Shown piece by piece: positions 27,355-36,504 of a stretch of 64,000 nt of DNA; positions within the stretch are counted from its first letter, which is position 1; every line of letters starts with the position of its first letter. Below the pieces are notes generated by a model, which saw nothing but the letters and a program-made list of their open reading frames with translations, had not been told where the DNA came from and did no database searches. The stretch spans positions 1 through 64,000 of the forward strand of contig PXUB01000017.1 of NCBI GenBank assembly GCA_003009755.1. The letters run 5' to 3'. The position numbers and the translations under genes were made by a program. This DNA is from Thermoplasmatales archaeon SW_10_69_26 (GTDB taxonomy: Archaea > Thermoplasmatota > SW-10-69-26).

Positions 27355-28014
27355 TCACAGCCCGATCTTGTGCAGGGCGCGGGCGAACGTGCTCTGCACG
27401 CTGACCCAGACCGGGCTCGTCGAGCACTCGTGGGTGCCCTCCGCGAGGGCCTCGACGAGCTGGTCCGGGTCCGAGGCATCGAAGTCGGGCGTCAGGGTGA
27501 AGGCCGAGCCGAACTCGTTGGAGGTGTGGGCGTCCGAGCAGGCGCAGGTCACCAGCTCGCGCTCCTCGGCGAACTCCCTCGCCTTCCGGTTGGCGCCCTC
27601 CAGGCGGGTGCGGGCGTTGAACACCTCGACGATGTCGGGATCGATCTCCCAGGCCTTCCCCTCCAGGCCCTCCCGCATCGGGTCGAAGGGGTGCTCGAGC
27701 AGGACGAGCCCGCCCTGGGCGCGGATCTGCTCGATCGCCTCCTCGAGCGGGCATGGGCTCTCGATCGTCTCCTCGAGGTAGAGCCCGATGATCTCGCCGT
27801 CCGGCGTCGACAGCTCCTCGCCGACGATGACGTCCAGCTCGCGGTCGTGGTCCGCGATCCAGTCGTGGAAGGCCAACGCGCCCTCGGCCGTGTCGTGGTC
27901 GGTCGTGGCCAGCACGTCGATACCCGCCAGCTCGCACGCGTCCGCGATCGTCTCGAAGTCCATCCGGCAGTCCGGCGAGAAGCGGGAGTGGGAGTGCAGG
28001 TCGACGTGGGGCAT
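27355..28014 (-). CDS. PHP-domain metal-dependent phosphoesterase
   Basis: DLHSHSRFSPD, TDHD, GEE, HPFD, EVFNAR, SDAH. Confidence 0.92.
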   Translation of the reverse strand: MPHVDLHSHSRFSPDCRMDFETIADACELAGIDVLATTDHDTAEGALAFHDWIADHDRELDVIVGEELSTPDGEIIGLYLEETIESPCPLEEAIEQIRAQGGLVLLEHPFDPMREGLEGKAWEIDPDIVEVFNARTRLEGANRKAREFAEERELVTCACSDAHTSNEFGSAFTLTPDFDASDPDQLVEALAEGTHECSTSPVWVSVQSTFARALHKIGL

Positions 28015-28208
28015 CGCGGTCGCAAGCGTATCCTTGGTCGGGAACCGTTAGCGTTGCGGTTCAGACCCCTTCGACGCGCCCGTGGAGACGTATCCCTGCT
28101 GGTGCTCGCCCTCGACGGTAGCTTAGCCTCGGCTGAGGGACACGTGGGCCAAGCTGCGGTCAACCGATCGTCAACCCCGAGCCGACCGTGACGGGCTCCT
28201 GGAGGACC

Positions 28209-29462
28209 TCACTTGAACAGCAGCTTGAGGTAGAACCACCAGCTGGTGAGCTCCTCCTTCTTGTCCCGGTCGGCCAGCATGTCCGAGATCGTCTCGGCCA
28301 CGTGGGGGTTGTTGGCCGCGCGGGAGACGACGAAGTTGAGCAGCCACTTGTGCTGACCCATCTTCTGGAGGCGGTGGCTGGTCTTGAGCTCGTCCCAGGT
28401 TTCGTCCCGAAGCCGCTGTTCGTAGGGGGCGAGGTTCTCGCGGGTCGGTCCGCCGTTGTCGGAGACCTCGTCGTAGCGCTCGGCGGCCAGGTGGGCGCTC
28501 GTCATGCCGTTGCCGATGCCCTCGCCGGTGAACGGGTCGATGAGCGAGGCGGCGTCGCCGCAGAGCATCCAGCCGTTGCCGTGGACGGGCCGCTTCTTCG
28601 AGCCCAGCGGCAGGATCCAGCCGCGCTGGGAGCCCTCGACCTTCTCGGCGTCGGCGAAGCGGTCCTTGAACAGGCGGTGCTCGTAGGCCTTCTCGAGCAG
28701 GTCCTTGAGGTCCCGCTCGTGGCCGTCCTCCTTGATCTTGGACTCGAGCATGCCGACGCCGACGTTGGCGCGGCCGTCCTCGAGCGGGAAGATCCAGAAG
28801 TAGCCTGGGATCACGCTGTCGAGGAAGTGGATCTCGATGTCGTCGCCGAGGTCCTTGATGCCGTCCCAGTAGACGCGGATCGCGGCGACCCAGTGGTCGG
28901 GGTCGCGGTCGTAGGCACCGGTCTCGCGGGCCACCGGGCACAGCGCGCCGCCGGCCCCGATCACGAGGTCGGCGGTGTACTCGTCGCCGCTGGCCGTCTT
29001 GACGCCGGTGACCTTCTCGCCCTCCCAGAGGAGGTCGTTGATCGGCGTCTCCTCGTGGGCCTCGGCGCCGAACTTGCGCGCGGCCTGGAAGACGACGTTG
29101 TCGAAGACCTCGCGCCGGCAGACGTAGCCGGGCTTGGTGTAAGGCGAGGCGTCTTCGCCGCGCTTCTTCCGCCACTCGGCGGCCTTGTTCTCGGGGAAGT
29201 CGATCTGGATCTCGTCGCCCTTCGGGCTCGAGAACACGACCCCTCGGGCGGCCGAGTTGGGAGCCTCGTCGACCTGCCCGATGATGTCGAGCTTCTCCAG
29301 CATCCGGACGCTCTTCCCGGAGATCGCGTCGCCGCAAGGCTTGTCGCGCGGGAACGACTCCTTGTCGAAGAGACCCACGTCGTACCCCTTGCGTGAAAGG
29401 AAAGCTGCCGCCGAGGAGCCGCTGGGTCCTCCACCGACGACGATGACATCGTAGTCGGGCAC
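28209..29462 (-). CDS. Geranylgeranyl reductase family FAD oxidoreductase
   Basis: GGGPSG, FPRDKPCGD, GYFWIFP, GDAASLIDPFTGEGI. Confidence 0.92.
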   Translation of the reverse strand: MPDYDVIVVGGGPSGSSAAAFLSRKGYDVGLFDKESFPRDKPCGDAISGKSVRMLEKLDIIGQVDEAPNSAARGVVFSSPKGDEIQIDFPENKAAEWRKKRGEDASPYTKPGYVCRREVFDNVVFQAARKFGAEAHEETPINDLLWEGEKVTGVKTASGDEYTADLVIGAGGALCPVARETGAYDRDPDHWVAAIRVYWDGIKDLGDDIEIHFLDSVIPGYFWIFPLEDGRANVGVGMLESKIKEDGHERDLKDLLEKAYEHRLFKDRFADAEKVEGSQRGWILPLGSKKRPVHGNGWMLCGDAASLIDPFTGEGIGNGMTSAHLAAERYDEVSDNGGPTRENLAPYEQRLRDETWDELKTSHRLQKMGQHKWLLNFVVSRAANNPHVAETISDMLADRDKKEELTSWWFYLKLLFK

Positions 29463-29613
29463 GCGAGGCTGAAGTGTTCGCCTCTAAAAGAGCCTACCCC
29501 TGCGCGAGCCCGCGGGCGCCGACCTTGACCGGTGACTGACCTCGACGAACGACGAAAAAGACCGCGGCGGGGGCTTCGCCGTCGGGTCGCGCTGTAAGGG
29601 AGAAACCGGGGGG

Positions 29614-29738
29614 GGGGCCACCAAGTACGCGGGGGGACGCCAGGGCACAAAGGGGAGCAGCTGCCGTGACAAGGCCGCCCGGCGGCGAGTCACAGGCCCT
29701 TCGTGGCCTTGGCGATTCTTCGTGTCCTTCGCGGCCCC
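29614..29738 (+). repeat. Long imperfect inverted repeat (CACGAAG/CTTCGTG type)
   Basis: Arm 29614-29654 pairs with arm 29697-29738, with several G.U-compatible differences. Confidence 0.55.
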
Positions 29739-29805
29739 TGCTTAACCAGACAGCCCGCCGTCGGGTGGCCCCTAGGCCTATCCCTCCGTGTGCCATCGGC
29801 CCACT

Positions 29806-30105
29806 GTGTCCCGGACGGAGACGGCTGAGGCTCCCGACGCGATCGACCGCCTCACGGCGATCCCGAACGTGGGCCCGGCGACCGCCGAGGACCTGCTCGC
29901 GCTCGGGATCACGAGCGTCGGAGACCTCGAGGGCCGCGACCCCGAGGACCTGTTCGAGGCGCTGTGCTCGCAGGACGGCCGCCGCCACGACCCCTGCACG
30001 CGCGACGTGTTCGCCGCCGCCATCGCCTACGCCGACGACGGCGACGAGCGCCCGTGGTGGCACCACACCCGGCAGCGCAAGGACGACGACGTGGACGACG
30101 GGTAG
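29806..30105 (+). CDS. Helix-hairpin-helix protein (Cdd1/mitomycin-resistance-like)
   Basis: LTAIPNVGPATAEDL, DPC..DVF, PWW motifs. Confidence 0.85.
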   Translation: MSRTETAEAPDAIDRLTAIPNVGPATAEDLLALGITSVGDLEGRDPEDLFEALCSQDGRRHDPCTRDVFAAAIAYADDGDERPWWHHTRQRKDDDVDDG

Positions 30106-30153
30106 GGGCCACAACCGCTTTCTGAGGGGACCGGCACTCCCCACGATGACGCG

Positions 30154-30702
30154 ATGCCGAGGGCCGACCGCGAGGAGATCCAGCAGGCGCTCGCCGAGGC
30201 CGCCGACCAGCTCGAGGAGGACCTGCGCGAGGTCTTCGGCTTCGAGCAGGTTCAAGCCCACCGCCAGACCGCCCCCGAACCGAGCCTGGTGGTCACCGGG
30301 CCGGAGGGGCGCTTCGAGCTCGCCTGGCCCCCCGCCGACGGCCTGACCGAGGCCGAAGGCCGCCTGGGCGCCCACGCCCGCATCGCCTTCGAGCTGTGGC
30401 TGGCCTCCCACCGCCCCGAGGCGTTCTTCGAGGGCTACCGGCCCGTCTCGGAGGACTACCGCGACATCGTGTTCTCGGCGCTGAAGGCCTACATCGACGA
30501 CTCGCTGGGCGAGAACCCCTACTACGCACCGCTCACCTTCGTCCAGCGCGGCCCGGTCGTGCTCGTCTACGGCGACGACGAGTACGCCTTGATCGCTGAC
30601 GACGGCAGCCACGAGGGCTCGGGCATCCTCCGCTGGAAGGTCAAGCGCCTGGCCGCCTTCGCCCTCACCGACGCCGACGCCGAACGCCTCGAGGCCGACT
30701 AG
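30154..30702 (+). CDS. Hypothetical protein
   Basis: 182 aa acidic ORF with host codon usage. Confidence 0.75.
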   Translation: MPRADREEIQQALAEAADQLEEDLREVFGFEQVQAHRQTAPEPSLVVTGPEGRFELAWPPADGLTEAEGRLGAHARIAFELWLASHRPEAFFEGYRPVSEDYRDIVFSALKAYIDDSLGENPYYAPLTFVQRGPVVLVYGDDEYALIADDGSHEGSGILRWKVKRLAAFALTDADAERLEAD

Positions 30703-31019
30703 GTCTCCAGTCGAATCACAGGAGGCAACCATCGGGGCCCGGGCGCAAGGCTCGAGGGCCTCCGGGGCATGATCCAAGCCCCGGGCTGTGACCAGACCAC
30801 TCATGGCCGCAACCCGGCGGAGCCCCACTCCCGCGCCCACGGCCCCTGCGAGAAGTGCGGGCCCTCTTCTCCTCGATGAAGACGGGTACCCCGACCGTGT
30901 GCCCCAACGGCGGGCACACCGAGGGCTGCTCGGACGAGCTCCAGGTGCTCCAGGCGAAGGCGCCCGTTGCCTCCACGCCTGCCACATCGCTTAATAGGGG
31001 TCGCGTGCCACTTTGGCTC

Positions 31020-31160
31020 ATGGCGACGATCGCCTCCCCGCTGTCGGCTGTGTGCCCCGCGTGCGGCTTGACCGACACCTCCGCGAGCACCAGCGGCCCC
31101 ACGCTGTGCTCGAACTGCGGCCACCGCGACCCAGCCGCGTGGGCCGAGCGGGACAACTAG
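31020..31160 (+). CDS. Small CPxCG zinc-finger protein (46 aa)
   Basis: CPACG...CSNCGH; CTTAATAG box about 25 nt upstream of ATG. Confidence 0.65.
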   Translation: MATIASPLSAVCPACGLTDTSASTSGPTLCSNCGHRDPAAWAERDN

Positions 31161-31249
31161 AAGCCCAGCGCCTGCTGGGCCCGGCCGTCGGTGACCAGCT
31201 CGGCACCACGGCGTCTCGGGGCTCGGACGTTGCCGTGGGCTGGCAACGG

Positions 31250-31867
31250 TTACGCGCGCTCGAGCACCGCGTACGCGAACGATTGGGTGTCGCCCCAGGG
31301 CGTCTCGTGCGCTTCCCGGCGCTCGTGGACGAGCCGGAAGGACTCACCCAGTTCGGCGCTGAGCGCCTCGGCGTCGTAGCGGCGGACCGGCAACCCGCTG
31401 CACCGCTCGGGGCCTTCGGGAGAGAACGTCGCCACGATCGCCGTTCCCTCGGGCGAGAGCAGCTGATCGAGCCGCTCGGCGTAGCGGGCCCGATCCTCGG
31501 CGTCGGTCAGGAAGTGGAACACCGCCCGGTCGTGCCAGAGATCGATGCCCGGCTCGAACTCGGCCTCCAGCACGTCGCCGACGAGCCAGTCCACGCCGTC
31601 GGCGCGATCGCCGAGCCGCTCGCGGGCCCGAGCCAGCGCAGGCTCGGCGATGTCGAGCACGGTCACGTTGCTGTAGCCGTCGTCGAGCAGGCGGTCGACC
31701 AGGCGGGAGGCCCCGCCCCCGACGTCGACGATGCGGGCCGCCTTCGAGAGATCGAGGCCGGCGATCAGTGCCAGCGAGACGGCCGGCTCGGGCTGGAACC
31801 AGCTGACCTCGTCGGGCGCGGTGTCGGCCCACACGTCTCGCCAGTGGGCTCGGGTCTGCTCGCTCAT
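31250..31867 (-). CDS. Class I SAM-dependent methyltransferase
   Basis: VSWFQ, DVGGGAS, WHDRAVFHFL, GPERCSGL. Confidence 0.9.
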   Translation of the reverse strand: MSEQTRAHWRDVWADTAPDEVSWFQPEPAVSLALIAGLDLSKAARIVDVGGGASRLVDRLLDDGYSNVTVLDIAEPALARARERLGDRADGVDWLVGDVLEAEFEPGIDLWHDRAVFHFLTDAEDRARYAERLDQLLSPEGTAIVATFSPEGPERCSGLPVRRYDAEALSAELGESFRLVHERREAHETPWGDTQSFAYAVLERA

Positions 31868-31935
31868 CGTCTTGGGGCTCGCTGGGGTGAGGGCGGCGCG
31901 GGGTGTTGAACCCCGCTGTGGAGGCCGGCCGTCGC

Positions 31936-33372
31936 CTACTTCGCGGACCCGGCGGAGGCTTCCTCGGGGTACAGACCCCACTCGGGCTCGAGCGTGTACA
32001 CGCCGGTGTACATGTCGCCGAGCACGACGCGGCCCTCGTCGGTCCACTGCGGGCCCCAGACGAGCGGGACGGCGCCGTGGTCGAGCACGGCGACCCCGGG
32101 CGGGACGGAGGGGGCGTAGGGCTCGTGCGGCTGGTAGAAGCCCAGCGTCTCGGGGTTCTCCTGGCGCTCCTCCGTCGAGACGTCGAAGGCCCACATGCCG
32201 CCGTGGTACCAGGCCGAGATGACCTGGCCCGTCGGCGTGATGTCCACGTTGTGGGCGCTGTAGCGGTAGCTCGTGTAGGGGGGCTGGGTCTCGATCGGGA
32301 GCTGCCAGGTGGCCAGCTTCTCGGGGTTGGCGGGGTCGGTCACGTCGATGACGTACAGCTTCTGACGCTCGGCACCGCCGACGTCGCCCGTGCTGGACAG
32401 GCGCTCGCCGCCGCCGATCGCGATCACGCGCCCGTCGATCACGCTGTTGGCGACGGTCTGCTCGTGCCAGCCGACCACGTCGTCCATCGACTGCACGATG
32501 GGCGAGGGGGTCGACGGGTCGTTGATGTCGTAGATCGCCATCGAGGTGCCGTCCTCGGGCGAGCCGGTGTACAGCAGCCAGTCCTCCGTGACCGGATGCT
32601 TGTGGACGTACACGTCGTGCGTGCCCTTCACCGTCGCGACTTTGGTCAGCCGCTCGCCCTCGGGGGCGTCGGGCTGGAACTCGAGGATCTCGACCTCGTT
32701 GGTGAAGATGTAGATCGTGCCGTCGATCGTCTTCGTCCACAGGTTGTGGGTGGCTTGCGTGGCCAGCTGGGCGACGGGCTCGGGGTTCTCGGGGTCGGAG
32801 ATGTTGTAGACGCTGACGACGTTCTCCGTGCTTGTCGGCAGGTGGGGGGTAACCGCGTCCTCTTGGCAGTCGCCCATCACGGTGTGCGTGGGGGAGAATA
32901 CGGCGCTAGCTTGGCATCCGACGGCCAGGTAGTTGCCATCCTCCGTGATGCGGGTGTCGAAGTCGGCGCCGGTGGACGTCGTGTACGACAGCGGCTCGGG
33001 GTCCGAGGGGTCGGAGATGTCGACCAGCGTCGCGCCCAGCGGACCGTCGGCGGACGAGATGGCCGCCAGGTCCCCTTGGACGTCGACCTCGCCCCAGCCG
33101 CCCTGGTAGGTGGTCGGGTAGAAGCCTTGGAAGTTCTCGTGGCCGGCGAGCTCGAACCCATGCGTGTTCGAGTGCAGCTCGGGAGCCTGGTGGGCGTGGT
33201 CGGTGTCGATCGCGCCCACGAAGTCGCGGTCCGGTGCCGGCGGCACGAAGCTCTCGGATGTCTCGTTCTCGATGTCCTCGGATTGCTCCTCGATGTCCCC
33301 CGCGTCCAACGCTCCGATGCAGCCGGTGAAGGCCGCGGTCACGAGGAGCAACGCGATCAGTGGTGCCCGCAT
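31936..33372 (-). CDS. LVIVD-repeat beta-propeller lipoprotein
   Basis: Lipobox AFTGC; repeated DISDPSDP, NISDPENP, DVTDPANP; WYHGG. Confidence 0.85.
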   Translation of the reverse strand: MRAPLIALLLVTAAFTGCIGALDAGDIEEQSEDIENETSESFVPPAPDRDFVGAIDTDHAHQAPELHSNTHGFELAGHENFQGFYPTTYQGGWGEVDVQGDLAAISSADGPLGATLVDISDPSDPEPLSYTTSTGADFDTRITEDGNYLAVGCQASAVFSPTHTVMGDCQEDAVTPHLPTSTENVVSVYNISDPENPEPVAQLATQATHNLWTKTIDGTIYIFTNEVEILEFQPDAPEGERLTKVATVKGTHDVYVHKHPVTEDWLLYTGSPEDGTSMAIYDINDPSTPSPIVQSMDDVVGWHEQTVANSVIDGRVIAIGGGERLSSTGDVGGAERQKLYVIDVTDPANPEKLATWQLPIETQPPYTSYRYSAHNVDITPTGQVISAWYHGGMWAFDVSTEERQENPETLGFYQPHEPYAPSVPPGVAVLDHGAVPLVWGPQWTDEGRVVLGDMYTGVYTLEPEWGLYPEEASAGSAK

Positions 33373-33562
33373 CGTCTCGCCTCACCACCGAGGGAACCTG
33401 CCAACGCATGAGCGTTTCGGCCCGCGCGTGGGCCAGCGCGGCCGTCAGCCGTCCAGTCGTGACCCCAGAGCCCGCACCTCCGAGCCGGGCGAACTCGCAG
33501 CGGCCCGAAGGCCGTCGTCGCGATCCGAGCGTCCGACCCGGAGCGGCCATCGTCCGGTCGGG

Positions 33563-33745
33563 GACGCTCGGCGGCGTACTCGCTCGTGTGGTTTGGGTGG
33601 GGTCTGTGAGGCTGGGGGCGGGGTTCTCGTCTTGTGATTCGAGACCGGCGTCTCTCCGTGCTTGGGCTTGCCGGTCTCGAACTTCGCAGGCCGCCTCGCT
33701 CGTCTTCTGCGATGTCCGCGACGCTCGGCGGCGTACTCGCTCGTG
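33563..33745. repeat. 26-bp perfect direct repeat flanking a hairpin-rich spacer
   Basis: GACGCTCGGCGGCGTACTCGCTCGTG at 33563-33588 and 33720-33745; internal 12-bp stem TTCGAGACCGGC/GCCGGTCTCGAA. Confidence 0.75.
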
Positions 33746-33759
33746 ACCAGCGAAGCTGG

Positions 33760-34230
33760 TCACTCGCCCCACACGTGCACCGCGACCGTCCGCTCGCGAG
33801 GCTCGTTGTCGAGCTCGACGAAGACGATCTGCTCCCAGGTCCCCAACCGCAGCCGGCCGTTCTGCACGGGCGCAGTGATCTCGGGCCCGATGAAGGCCGC
33901 GCGGACGTGCGAGTGGCCGTTGCCGTCCTGCCAGCGGCGCTGGTGGCCGTAGTCCATGCGCTTGGCGGCCGACTGGCCGTCCGCCGTCGTCGGCGCCGCG
34001 TCCCCGTGGCGCGGGAACAAGCGATCGAGCGCCTCCGGCAGGTCCTCCTCGGCGAGCCCGGGCTCGTGCTCGAGCGTCGTGATCGCCGACGTGCTCGAGA
34101 GCGTGTGCACGAGCACCTGGCCGAGCTCGACGCCGTCGGCCTGCACGATCTCGTCGACGTCCTCAGTGAGGTCGATCACGTCGACCTCGCCGTCCGTGGA
34201 GAAGGTCAGGTCCTTCGCGTGCTGGGGCAC
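33760..34230 (-). CDS. yjbQ: YjbQ/UPF0047 family protein
   Basis: DGNGHSHVRA, LGTWEQIVFVELD. Confidence 0.9.
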   Translation of the reverse strand: MPQHAKDLTFSTDGEVDVIDLTEDVDEIVQADGVELGQVLVHTLSSTSAITTLEHEPGLAEEDLPEALDRLFPRHGDAAPTTADGQSAAKRMDYGHQRRWQDGNGHSHVRAAFIGPEITAPVQNGRLRLGTWEQIVFVELDNEPRERTVAVHVWGE

Positions 34231-34360
34231 GCGGACCGAGAGCGCTGCCCGTTGACAGGCTTTGCGTCGTTGCCTCGACCCGCACGCTGAAGGAGGCGTT
34301 CTTGCCGCAACCCGAACCCGCAACCCCCTCCCCACCTCATGCCGGCTCGGTGCGATCCCC

Positions 34361-35200
34361 GTGACCGAGTACGCCAACCCCGATCGCCTGGTGACCGTGG
34401 ACGAGCTCGACGAGCGACGCGGCGACGACGACGTCGCCGTGCTCGAGGTGGACGTCGACACGACCCTCTACGAGAAAGGCCACGTCCCCGAGGCCGTCGG
34501 CTGGAGCTGGACCGAGGACCTCAACCACCCCGTCCGCCGAGACATCGTCTCCGCCGAGAGCTTCGAGACGCTCGCCCAGCAGGCCGGCATCGACGACGAC
34601 ACGACCGTCCTGCTCTACGGCGACAACCACAACTGGTTCGCCGCGTTCGCGCTGTGGGTGTTCGAGGTCTACGGCCACGACGACGTCGCGCTCGTCGATG
34701 GCGGCCGCGACGCGATCACGCGCTCCCACATCGAGCTCACCACCGAGACGCCCGAGCCCGCCGAGGGCAGCTTCACCGTCACCGAAACCCGCGAAGAGCT
34801 CCGCGCCACGCGCGACGAGGTGCTCGCAGCCGTCGACGAGGGCCGCGAGAACTTCATCGACGTCCGCTCCAGCGAGGAGTTCAGCGGCGAGCTGGTCGCC
34901 CCGCCCGACCTCGACGAGACCGCCCAGCGCGGCGGTCACATCCCTGGAGCCACGAACGTCACGTGGTCCGAGGCCGTCGACCGCGATGGCACGTTTCGGC
35001 CCCGCGAGGAGCTCGAGCAGCTCTACGGTCCCGTGCTCGACCAGGAGGGCACGATCGCCTACTGCCGGATCGGCGAGCGCTCGGCCCACTCGTGGTTCGT
35101 CCTCCGCCACCTGCTCGGCGACGACGAGGCGCGCAACTACGACGGCAGCTGGACCGAGTACGGGAACCTCATCGGAGTCCCTGTGGAGACCGGGGAGTGA
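34361..35200 (+). CDS. Thiosulfate sulfurtransferase (tandem rhodanese)
   Basis: GHVPEA, GGHIPGA, active loop CRIGER, YDGSWTEY. Confidence 0.95.
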   Translation: MTEYANPDRLVTVDELDERRGDDDVAVLEVDVDTTLYEKGHVPEAVGWSWTEDLNHPVRRDIVSAESFETLAQQAGIDDDTTVLLYGDNHNWFAAFALWVFEVYGHDDVALVDGGRDAITRSHIELTTETPEPAEGSFTVTETREELRATRDEVLAAVDEGRENFIDVRSSEEFSGELVAPPDLDETAQRGGHIPGATNVTWSEAVDRDGTFRPREELEQLYGPVLDQEGTIAYCRIGERSAHSWFVLRHLLGDDEARNYDGSWTEYGNLIGVPVETGE

Positions 35201-35320
35201 GGGACTCCGATGAGAGGACGGATCTCCGATCCGTCCGGATCGCGAGCATCGCTCGCCGACGGCGATCGTGCGGCGCGATGCTCGCGCCCGATCGGCGTCC
35301 CTGTGGAGACGGGGGAGTAG
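35171..35320 (+). repeat. Duplicated gene 3' end (30 bp) around a 90-bp hairpin insert
   Basis: 35171-35200 vs 35291-35320 is 26/30 identical; both encode IGVPVETGE-stop. Confidence 0.8.
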
Positions 35321-35411
35321 GGGCCCGATCGGCGACCCGACAAGGCAACCCTAGCGATCCTCCGCCCCGTCGGCCCGACAGCCGGCGGGGCCCTGCCTCG
35401 TCCCTCGACTC

Positions 35412-36341
35412 TCAGCGTCGACCCGATCGCGCGCCGAGGGCCGTCGTGGCCAGGCCCGCGAGGGCCGCGGCCAGCCCGATCGATCCCGCGCCCGGCCCCG
35501 GCACCGTCGCCTCGTCGGGCGGGTGCGTCGGCACGGCGCCGCGGGCCCGATCGGCGTGACAGCCCCAGTCGTCGACGCGCGCCACCTCGTCTCCGGTCCG
35601 CTCGATCTGGACGTTGCGGCAGTGTACGAAGGCGACGTGCTCGTCCCCGCCTTGCTCGCCCTCGAAGAGGATCCGGACGTGGCTGGCGACGAACACCGTC
35701 GTCCGCTCGCCCTCGCTCAACGGGAACGCGAAGACGTGGTGGGCCCGAGCCTGGCCCTCCTCGGCCCGCGCTTGCCCCTCCTCGCCGCCCAGCGAGTGCC
35801 GCAGCTCGAAGGCGCCCAACCGCATCCAGGCCGCCCCTCGGTTCACCGTGTAGTTCGCCTCGACCGTCTCGGGTCCGGTCACCGCGAAGCTCGTGCCCGT
35901 GGCCGCGCGAGGCGGCGGGACCGCGGCCTCCGGCGCGTTCCCGGCTAATCCGCGCCCGGGCGCCGAGTAGGCGTAGACGCAGCAGGCCGCCTCCTTCACC
36001 AGCTCGTCGGGCGCCGCGAGCTGGGCCTTCCAGAAACCGCGACCGTCGACGGCGAGTTCCCAGGTGCGCGTCGCCGACTCGCCGGCCTCGAGCGAGAGGT
36101 TCCATCGCTCGCTGCCCGCGGGTCGGGCGTGGTCGGGGACCTCGAGCCGGAAGGTGGCGTCCATGTCGCGGTTGGCCACCACCTCGACGGCGACGTCGAC
36201 GGTGGACCCGGTGCGGGGTTCGCCCTCGAGCGCCAGCGAGCCGGTCCAGGTAGGCTGCGCCCCGTGGGCGTCGACCGTCGGCGCTGGCAGCCCGAGCGCC
36301 AGCAGACCCGCGACCAGGAACGCCGCGCCGAGCCCTCGCAC
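35412..36341 (-). CDS. Secreted Ig-like surface protein with C-terminal sorting tail
   Basis: Signal peptide; C-terminus VPGPGAGSIGLAAALAGLATTALGARSGRR. Confidence 0.8.
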   Translation of the reverse strand: MRGLGAAFLVAGLLALGLPAPTVDAHGAQPTWTGSLALEGEPRTGSTVDVAVEVVANRDMDATFRLEVPDHARPAGSERWNLSLEAGESATRTWELAVDGRGFWKAQLAAPDELVKEAACCVYAYSAPGRGLAGNAPEAAVPPPRAATGTSFAVTGPETVEANYTVNRGAAWMRLGAFELRHSLGGEEGQARAEEGQARAHHVFAFPLSEGERTTVFVASHVRILFEGEQGGDEHVAFVHCRNVQIERTGDEVARVDDWGCHADRARGAVPTHPPDEATVPGPGAGSIGLAAALAGLATTALGARSGRR

Positions 36342-36504
36342 GGCGCGAGGTCCGCCTGCGAGGGGTTAAACCTTGTCGAAACGACGTCGAACGACGACCG
36401 GCGCTCGCTCTCGCCCAGCCTGCGGGCTGCAAGCGCCGCTCACCCGAGCCAAGCCCCCGCCGTGGTACGCAAGCGTTTTGTGCCTGGGCGTCGTGCCCTG
36501 CCCG

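Noticed and set aside
33563-33745. CRISPR array
   Set aside because: Only two repeats, a 131-bp spacer, and no cas genes in the window.
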